Below, one piece after another: positions 54,111 through 64,000 of a DNA stretch of 64,000 nt; position 1 is the stretch's first letter, and the number at the start of each line of letters is the position of its first letter. Location of the stretch: assembly GCA_951406725.2 (NCBI GenBank), contig OX597819.1:98704001-98768000 (forward strand), given 5' to 3'. This stretch comes from Octopus vulgaris. Taxonomy: Eukaryota. A model generated the notes under the pieces. That model made no database searches. It had not been told where the DNA came from and saw nothing but the letters and a program-made list of their open reading frames with translations. The translations under genes and the position numbers were made by a program.

Positions 54111-54367
54111 CATATATATTTATAAGTACTACACTCACAACTATCTATATTTATATATTGAAATATTTGAAATATCACGCTCATATACGTATAGGAATTT
54201 TTCATAACTTACAAGTACAAATCTATTCTATCAAGAATTACTTCAGAAGTTGTTTTCTCAGTAATATATAATTACAATTATGCTTTACTTTCGTTATTAT
54301 GTTTAGGCAGGATTTTAAGTAGTAATATGTCTATATCTGTATATGTTTATAGCTTTATACCTAGCAC

Positions 54368-54434
<67 letters not shown>

Positions 54435-54732
54435 CTCTCCCCACTCTATCTATTTACACTGTTACATGCGTGTATCAACTTACGCATGGATTTGTAAACG
54501 TTTGTGCTTACAAACGAGGAAAATACTGAATATTTAAAGTGTCTATATTATATTTGAAGCTAAATCTAAACTGATTTCAAGTTCCTGGCTATTTAAATAA
54601 CTGAAGCAGAAAAATCGTCGTCACAGTACTTAAACAACGTTCGCAAACCCATTGAAATACCATTGTCAACAGTATATAGAAATTTGATTGGTTTAGAGAA
54701 AACTCTAAATATTATCTTACACATTTTTTTTG

Positions 54733-55107
54733 CTCAATGGCCCAGTGGTTAGGGCAGCGGACTCGCGGCCGTAGGATCGCGGTTTCGATTCCCAGACCGG
54801 GCGTTGTGAGTGTTTATTGAGCGAAAACACCTAAAACTCCACGAGGCTCCGGCAGGGATGGTGGTGATCCCTGCTGTACTCTTTCGCCACAACTTTCTCT
54901 CACACTTACTTCCTGTTTCTGTTATACCTGTATTTCAAAGGGCCGGCCTTGTCACTCGCTGTGTCACGCTGAATATCCCCGAGAACTACGTTAAGTGTAC
55001 ACGTGTCTGTGGAGTGCTCAGCCACTTTACACGTTAATTTCACAAGCAGGCTGTTCCGTTGATCGGATCAACCGGGAACCCTCGTCGTCGTAACCGACGG
55101 AGTGTTT
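54733..55107 (+). mobile_element. tRNA-derived SINE, chimeric (head and body as at 15.5 kb, tail as at 62.1 kb)
   Basis: A box tggcccagtggttag, B box tttcgattccc. Body ctctttcgccacaactttctctcac; tail tgtatttcaaaggg...accctcgtcgtcgtaacc. Confidence 0.85.
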
Positions 55108-55228
55108 CCCCCATTATGCGTAGAATTCGTGAAATTTAAATTTTTCTCATGTCAACAAACACATGGTACTTTCATATTTACAATAGTACATATATAAGCA
55201 TATCAAGGATGGTAGGTATTGTTCATTA

Positions 55229-55678
55229 AGGCGGCGAGCTGGCAGAATCGTTAGCGCGCCGGGCGAAATGTGTAGCCGTATTTCGTCTGCCGTTACGTTC
55301 TGAGTTCAAATTCCGCCGAGGTCGACATTGCCTTTCATCCTTTCGGGGTCGATAAATTAAGTGCCAGTTACGCACTGGGGTCGATGTAGTCGACTTAATC
55401 CGTTTGTCTGTCCTTGTTTGTCCCCAATATGTTTAGCCCCTTGTGGGTAGTAAAGAAATAGGTAGATATTGTCCATGAAGATTAATAAAGCAGCGATTTT
55501 GTAGAATCGTTAGCACGCAAAATTTCGTATGTGCCTTCTGAATTCAAATTCTGCCGAGTTCCATTTTGACTTTCATCCTTTCGGGGGTCAATAAAATAAG
55601 TATCAGTTGTGGACTAGGGTCGTTCTAATCGGCCTGCCCCGTCCCTCGTAACTATTGACCATGTGGCAAAATTTGAAG
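55229..55678 (+). mobile_element. SINE family A full copy (55229-55462) plus an older copy
   Basis: ggcggcgagctggcagaatcgttagcgcgccgggcgaaat...aaagaaatagg. Confidence 0.85.
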
Positions 55679-57037
55679 CAAATATAGATAAGTAATGATG
55701 CTTTCTTTATATATTTATGTGGACAGCTTTCCTTTTATGTTAAATACATAAACTTTGAAATAAATTATTTTATCCCGCTAGGAGGTAGAAATTATTCAAT
55801 AAAAAGCAGTGGAAGTGTCTGCGAGAATTTCGTAATTCTGATCCTTTGTTCATTGTTGCAAAAGGCTGAATAGAACGTTATTAGCCCCTTGAGGGCAGTA
55901 AAGAAATAAGAAATAAGAACGTTGAGAGACAAATAACTGTTAATGCAGGGGACACGTGTTCTTACTGGAACAAATATATTTTGATAGTAAATGTGTGAAG
56001 CTTCTTTCAGAATGCCTCTATATTTATATATGTTGCGAGAATCTTTTATTTAAGGACTTTTCAGGAGGCTCGATATAAGTTTTTGTGTGACTGTTACGCA
56101 TAAAGATCTTAGTTTGACAGACATATAATTCAATAAGACATATGTTGTTGAAAGAGCATATATTAGAACTTATGCAATTAATCGGTAAAGAAGAGTTTTG
56201 CAAGTTCGCACTGAGAAAAAAAAAAACTTCTGTGTAAACTGACTACGAAAGCAGCAAAGGTTTTGATGCAACGGTTGCTTATCTTAATGTTATTTCTATT
56301 ATATATCTGACAATATCTATGCATATTGATGTTTAGAATGTCCTAGCAACATTGGAATGACATTTCAAATATAGAAGAATGTGCTATTTAATATTACATT
56401 TTTGCATTTATGAAAATGTGTGTTCTTTTGTATATAATGTCTCTCCCTTTAAAATTAATGTATCGTTATAGCAATTGGCAGCAATTCTACCTTGTCAGAG
56501 GATAAGCTGGATGTGTACTTAATACTGTTTTGTCACTACGTTTTAAGGATTATTGGACAATGGTGGGAATATATATTAATATAGCATAATATCACGTTCG
56601 TCGGGTCCAATTATAAGAGTAGCATTTACTAATGTACAACTTTGAATTGATATATAAGCAATTAACTCCGATTTGATATGTAATTAACGCAATCTTTTGA
56701 CCTAAAACCTTACATACGCTGATGAATATTCTTCTAGCAGCTTTGATTTAATAGTCACTCGTATTTTGCAAAATCAAGATCCACAATAATAAAGTAATTG
56801 CATCAACCTCGATATTTGCTTTCTCAACGGTAGGTGTCTTTCTAAAGCATAACAACAAGTGTGTTTCTGGAGCATAGCAAGCGAATATGGTTTCGTTTAT
56901 GGAAAAGAGAAAAGCTCTACAACGATTGCTGGGAATGCATTTAAATAAGGATTCTTGTTACATATGTAAATAGTCAGTCGCTCAGAAAGACACATCACAT
57001 TACTATTCAAGAATTACTTTGTGTAATAATAATAATG

Positions 57038-57664
<627 letters not shown>

Positions 57665-57667
<3 letters not shown>

Positions 57668-58000
57668 TGTCTCTAAAAGAAATGGAGAAACTCTCAAAAT
57701 ACAAAGACCTGGAAATAGAGATAACTAGAATGTGGAACCTGAAAACAGAAACAATTCCTATCATAGTAGGTGCATTAGGCATGATAAAAAAATATTCAGA
57801 CAAATACATAACAAAAACACCAGGACTTACAAACACATATAACATACAGAAAATTGCACTACTAGGCACTGCACACATCCTACGCAGAACACTTTCCATA
57901 CAATAACCATCAGAGCATCACAACAAATCACAGCACATACCCAAGGCACACAGAGCTGCGCTCGGTAGTGAAGTGAAAGCACACTATAAAAATAAAACTA

Positions 58001-58036
<36 letters not shown>

Positions 58037-58043
58037 TAATAAT
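57665..58043 (+). mobile_element. Short 3' fragment of the young R4/Dong-like LINE, with (AAT)n on both sides
   Basis: Nearly identical to 44376-44781 (SLKEMEKLSKYKDLEIE...LRRTLSIQ*). Confidence 0.92.
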
Positions 58044-58064
58044 AACAACAACAACAACAACAAC

Positions 58065-58762
58065 AGACCATCTCGTCTCGGGATGACCTGTGCTGACACC
58101 AAACAAATACAAAATTCGCCACAATAGTGTAGGACAGTATTTACATTGGAAAATATGTAAACTCTACAAAATCAGCACTCGTTCTTACTGGTATAAACAT
58201 CATCCTGAGCTAGTCGTTGAAGGTAAAAATGTCACTATCCTCTGGGATTTTCCAGTCAATACTGACCGCATGATCTAGGCTAATCGACCAGACATAATTA
58301 TTAAAGACATGGACTAAAATACTTGTAGACTAACAGATGTAAGTGTTGCTGCTGATAAAAATATATCTGTAAAGGAATTTGACAAATTAAGTAAATATAA
58401 TGACCTGGAAATTGAAATACGAAAGATGTGGCATCTCAAAGCGAGAACTGTTCCTATTATTGTAGGTACTATAGGTATGGTAAAAAAAAAGGGATGTCAG
58501 AAACATCTAGATAAGATCCCAGGGGAAGCATGCCTCAGAGAAATCCAAAAGATTATGCTGACAAGTACTGCCCATATCCTTAGAAAAGCCCTATCCGTTT
58601 AAATGTTTGTGTCGTATTACATGAAGATATTAGGCTGCTGCCCCTGGCAATCTTTCAGTCCTACTGTAACATCTCTTATCCTTCACTCGCCCAGGACGAT
58701 GGGTGTGTCTCAGCAAGTGATTGTAACAAACGCGCTGCTTGAAAGTAAACAATAATAATAAT
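58065..58762 (+). mobile_element. Older R4/Dong-like LINE 3' fragment
   Basis: RHNSVGQYLHWKIC...ILWDFPVNTDRMI*ANRPDIII...KLSKYNDLEIEI...TAHILRKAL, with internal stops. Short AAT tail. Confidence 0.88.
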
Positions 58763-59745
58763 ACACACATATTTATATACACGTGTATATTGATGCATTC
58801 CTACTGATATTAATAACAATGTATAGCCAGACTTAGCCAGATTTTCAGAATAACTTTTCTTATCATAATTGAATCTGATTTTAAAAATAAGCAAACAAAC
58901 AAACAAGAGAAAAAAAAAGCCCAACAAAATCGTAAAGGAGTGGCAAAGTACATTTCCTTGATGTCTATCTATAAGTGACTAGTATCGATTCTGGATGTTT
59001 ATCAGTGCAATATTTCATCTGAAAATATGTATAATAGCAAGAAGACAGTACAGTTAGATACTGACGAGAATAACATAAGCGGGACCGATGGTAAATACTA
59101 TAGCTGACACCTCTGACTACACATTCAACTGTTACTAGGTCAATGGATCGCTTATGATATCTTATAATAGTACACAGAACACACCCACATCTAACAATAC
59201 CAGAAAGTGGAAACCTAGCTTTAAGGTTCTTCATTGTAGGATCGAACTCTGAGCAGTCTCTAACACACTCCACAATTAATATGCGTTATCCACATTAAAT
59301 TATCACTCTTTATATTCGAGACGTAGAAGCTCCAAAGTACACTGATATTTTTACTGCAACCCTTTACTAAACAGAGAAACAAGAAAACCCAAGAATATTC
59401 CAGAATATCTACATTGTCACTCGAACTACTAGAAAGAACAGCTGAAATATTTTCCTTACATCACACACATTTTAAATTATGGAAAGACACATTGACACAC
59501 TGCCTTTCTATATTCTATTCCATATATATGCATGTATATTTGTCTGGTAGTGAGATACTGCAGATCTTTAGGAGGGAGAGCATAACGAGAGAACATCCGA
59601 CTCATTGAGGAACCGGAGACGTTGCTCTTGCTTGTTTCTGAAGTGAGTTGCATTGAAGGTAGGAAGTCTTAGTGGTGTTGTGCAAACTTAATCATTTAAA
59701 TTTAGGAGCGGGTATTATTGACAGCCATTGTATCTGACATCTAGG

Positions 59746-59776
<31 letters not shown>

Positions 59777-59802
59777 TGTATGTATGTATGTATGTATGTA
59801 TG

Positions 59803-59838
<36 letters not shown>

Positions 59839-59974
59839 TGTATGTATGTATGTATGTATGCATGTATGTACGTATATATACGTGCAGGTTTGTATGTTTT
59901 GTTATATATATATATATATATATATTTTCATGCATATACTTGCATATCTAGACATGCTCATATATATTTAAATG

Positions 59975-60450
59975 ATAAACTTCTGGAAAGTCTTAGAGAT
60001 ATTTACAGTTCCAATGATGGAATGGATCTGTAGTCTTCGAATTAGCTTTCTCCTTTCTGGTTTTGAGAAGCCTAATTCTCAAGATTGGTATTTAGGCATT
60101 GTGTTACTTATTCTCTTGTCCCAAGAATTACAGGTATAAACCTGAACTTGTATTCTGGATAGAGTAACTGCAGATTTCTCTATAGTTCAGCGTAGATGTT
60201 CTCTTTTTCACTGATCTTTAGCTCTTATGTTAACATCTACTGGGCAGCTGATTGCCACAACTGTTCACAGTATCTCTTCTGTATACCGAATCATTATATC
60301 AGGTCTGTTGTGCTTACATTTTGTTGAGGTTTTCACTGGAACAATGCACCAGGGCTCCTTTTTTATCATCAGTGGCTATGGCTTCCACTATACAGTGCGT
60401 TCTTATTTCCTTGTCCTCGGGGGGTTATCCTTTCCAAGGGACCTCGTTAT
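59975..60450 (-). mobile_element. Restriction-like-endonuclease LINE 3' fragment of a third subfamily
   Basis: Minus translation KCKHNRPDIMI...VVAISCPVDVNIRAKISEKENIYAEL*RNLQLLYPEYKFRFIPVILG. Confidence 0.8.
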
Positions 60451-60557
60451 ACTGTGTTTATATGTATGTATGCATGTATGTATGTATGTATGTATGTATG
60501 TATGTATGTATGTATGCATGTATGTATGTATGTATGTGCGTGTGTGTGTGAACGCGC

Positions 60558-60597
<40 letters not shown>

Positions 60598-61124
60598 CTG
60601 TGTGTACGATCCTCTCTCGGATTAAAGGATAGAATTTTGACAAATAGATTCTCTGAAAAATTTGTTTTATGAATAGAATAAAAATTCATAACATTCACAT
60701 AAATACAAACATACCTTATATACATAAGCACACACATTCTTCGACATTCAAAGAAGCAAACAAACACATACATTCATTCAAACGCATGCATGCACATACT
60801 GGCTCTTTCGCTTCTCATATACACTTACATACACATACAAACACAGACACTCATATGAATGCACAAGTATATATGCGTGTCAATGAGTGTGTGTATCAGT
60901 GTGTAGGGTAAATGAAGGACTAAAGGTAATTGAAAGTTTTGAAAATTATGTAAAAAAAAAGTTGGGAGAGAAATTAGAGATGAAATACACACACACGCAC
61001 ACACGCATACACACACACATACACAACATATGTATGTATGTATATGTATATATAAATATATGTCTGTCTCTTTGTGCGTATATATATATACATATAAATA
61101 TATAAATATAATTATATATGTATA

Positions 61125-61185
<61 letters not shown>

Positions 61186-61537
61186 ATATATAATGCATAT
61201 ATATATATGTATTTATATATATATATAGACACTCAGACAATAAATATTTAGTGACCAAGTAGAGATCGATATAGATACATACAAATTATACATACACAAA
61301 CATATATAAAAATATGCATAAGTACATCATACTTATATGCATATATGAATGTATGCATGTGCGTATGTATGTACGTATTCATGAGTGTGTGTCCTAGCGT
61401 GCGTGCGTGTGTGAGTTGTATGTATGGGAAATTGATGGGTGGATAGATAGGTAGAGAGATTATTGACACCTAGATATACACACTGTTACACATTTAAATA
61501 GGCAGATAAAAAGATACATAGTTTATATATGCCGACT

Positions 61538-61631
<94 letters not shown>

Positions 61632-62108
61632 AAAGTGTCTAAGAGAAGTGAATTGATGTTTGACGAGAAAAGTCCAACAGAAACGGTGAAAAATGAAAAA
61701 ACAACAGATATTAAAGTTTTGGCTGTTTCCCAACTTTTAAAAGATATTTGGCATTATTTGGCATTGTCTTGTTATTTTGACATCGTGTTGTTTTAGCTTT
61801 TGTTGTTGCGATTATTGTTGTTGTTGGTGGTGGTGGTGGCGTTGGTGTTGTTTTTGTCGATAATCTTGTTTACGTTGTTGTTGTTGTTGTTGATATTAGT
61901 GTAACTGGTTTCGGTGTTGTTGTTGTTGCCGTTATTAATGTTACTTTTGTATTTGTTGATGGTGTTCTTGTTGTTTTTGCCAGTGTTACCCTTGTTTTCG
62001 GTGATGTAGATCTTTCTGTTGTCGTTGCTGGTGTTACTCTTGTTTTGGTGTTGATTTTATTGTTGTTGTTGTTGTTGTTGTTATTGATATCACTTTTATT
62101 GTTGTCGA

Positions 62109-62428
62109 GTGAGGGCGCGTGGCTTAGTGGTTAGGGCATTCGGCTCATGATCGTAAGGTTGTGAGTTCGATTCCCGGCGACGCGTTGTGTCCTTGAGCAA
62201 GACACTTTATTTCACGTTGCTCCAGTCCACTCAGCTGGCAAAAATGAGTTGTACTTGTATTTCAAAGGGTCAGCCTTGTCACTCTCTGTGTCACGCTGAT
62301 TATCCCCGAGAACTACGTTAAGGGTACACGTGTCTGTGGAATGCTCAGCCATTTGCACGTTAATTTCACGAGCAAGCTGTTCCGTTGATCGTATCAGCTG
62401 GGACCCTCGTCGTCGTAACCGGCGGAGT
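62109..62428 (+). mobile_element. tRNA-derived SINE with 16-bp TSD
   Basis: A box tggcttagtggttag, B box gagttcgattccc. TSD cttttattgttgtcga at 62093-62108 and 62429-62444. Confidence 0.9.
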
Positions 62429-62877
62429 CTTTTATTGTTGTCGATGATGATGTTAGTAGAGCTACCGTTGTTTATGGTGTTACAATTGTCCTGATGTTAC
62501 TGTTGTTGTTGGTGTTACTATTTAGCCCTAATAGGGATCAGTCTAATTGGGATTGTCATTAAAGGCATTCTGGCTGTAATCATCCCGTCTTTTTTTTCAG
62601 ACCTTGTTTATCTTGGAGCGCATTATTTAATGTGTCATTCATTTAAAGACAGTAAAGTGCGATTTGAAGGAATATTAGCTGCCATTTTTAGCTGATAGTC
62701 TTGTTGTTGCTATTGCTATTTATCCCCAAATCAACTCGTTGTGGCTACTAAATTTGCTGTCATAGGTAGTGCAATGACCAAGTGGTTAGAAAGTTCGATT
62801 TGAAATTATGGGCTACCGAGTTCGATCCCACTCTGTTGCATCTTGGATAAGTGTCTTTTAAAATATCCTCAACCTAT

Positions 62878-63335
62878 TTTAACTTGGGTCCTCTTGTGCT
62901 GTTCAATACATTGGGGTTGCAAGTTTCCTCCACCAGGTTTGGTCTGCTGCTACACTTGTATATCCATTATACGTGGGTTGACTGTTTTCAGGCCATCTTG
63001 ATATGTTCACTGCCAAGTGATCTTCGGCCCGTCCCTTTTAAGCTTGCTAACAAGTAATACCCAAGTCATACATGTTTTCGAATGCTGTTGATCTGCTAGA
63101 TGACGAATGTTGCCAGCAAGGCTGAATCGGTGCTCCTATTCAACTTCTTGCACTTTTCAGAACTTCCCTCTTTGTGACATGGTACCATCATTTGGCCCTC
63201 AGGATTTCTCTGAGCCGCCTTTGATAGAAAACATTGAGTTTTCTGTCCGTCCTTACAGAAAGGAAAATATTTGACTCTCAGATATGCGGTACCTGCAATG
63301 AAAACTCTCGCCTTCATAAAATGTACCGCACTAAT
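62878..63335 (-). pseudogene. RTE-clade LINE C-terminal remnant
   Basis: Minus frames give RKLNVFYQRRLREILRAK*WYHVTKREVLKSA and SLAGNIRHL...CMTWVLLVSKLKRDGPKITWQ, resembling the RTE post-RT region. Confidence 0.75.
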
Positions 63336-63359
63336 TTCGTCTGAAAATTACCTCAAAGC

Positions 63360-63605
63360 AGTGGTTCTCAGCCATTTTTTGCCTATGGACCTCTTTGATC
63401 TCTGTTTTACTTGAGTGAACTTTCATAGCCATTCGATGTTTAAAAAATCCTAATATAGTTTTATAATTAAATATATTAAATATATTTTTATAATTAAATA
63501 TTAAAAAATTATTGAATATTTCGTGGAATGTAGAAGTATAAACAATTTATTGCGCATAAATTTCTACAACAAAATATTATATGGACCCTCACCCCAAGGG
63601 CCATA
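63360..63605. mobile_element. hAT-like MITE left-end remnant
   Basis: Starts cagtggttctcagcc, has repeated atggacc motifs and an AT-rich core. Right TIR not found. Confidence 0.4.
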
Positions 63606-64000
63606 TATTTATACCTCGAAGGTATAAATATATCTGTTGAATTCAATGAGTAGGGAGCTGACAGCATTGGACAATTGAAATGGCTATAGTCGACACTGAC
63701 GGAGGTCCCATTATTTATGTAAGTTATTGTTATTTTTGTTATTAGGTGTGTTGGTGTTGTTAATGTTGTTGCTGTTGTTAAGCAACAAAACGTGTGATGG
63801 TCTAGGGCTTAGGGGCGGGAGACCCCAGACCTTGGAAAAAAACTTTGGTCGTCTTGTTGTAGTAGAGGGCTCTTCGTTGACGCCCGACACCACTGGGAGG
63901 TGGCCCTCGAAGTCATTGGAGATCTCCAGGTCCAAATTCTTGAACGGCTGTTGCTGGTGGTGATGGCAGCAGTGGTAATGCTTGGCTCTAGGTCCTCTCT

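Noticed and set aside
62113-62185. tRNA-like sequences here and at 8188, 15710-15783 and 54733
   Set aside because: They are SINE heads continuing into repeat bodies, some with TSDs. No complete cloverleaf.

Overview
AT-rich, microsatellite-saturated eukaryotic DNA, intergenic or deep intronic. The SINE and LINE repertoire looks like a coleoid cephalopod, most likely Octopus (inference from repeat families). I found no host protein-coding gene: nearly all ORF-track entries are translations of (TA)n, (CA)n, (TACA)n, (TATC)n or (AAT)n tracts. The real content is mobile DNA: many tRNA-derived SINEs of several modular families, R4/Dong-like restriction-like-endonuclease LINE 3' ends in (AAT)n tracts, an RTE LINE remnant, non-autonomous Helitrons, a deleted Tc1 and several MITEs. 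The main hidden feature is a set of Penelope-like retroelement (PLE) termini in or beside microsatellites. They carry type I hammerhead ribozymes (HHRs) at seven loci, with different catalytic-core variants (CUGAAGA, CCGACGA, UUGACAA, decayed forms). Three of these inserts are large palindromes with one ribozyme per strand (17.06-17.23, 18.6-21.9 and 47.4-47.9 kb), and one retains a GIY-YIG endonuclease C-terminus. Coordinates were read by eye, so edges of degenerate repeats are approximate.
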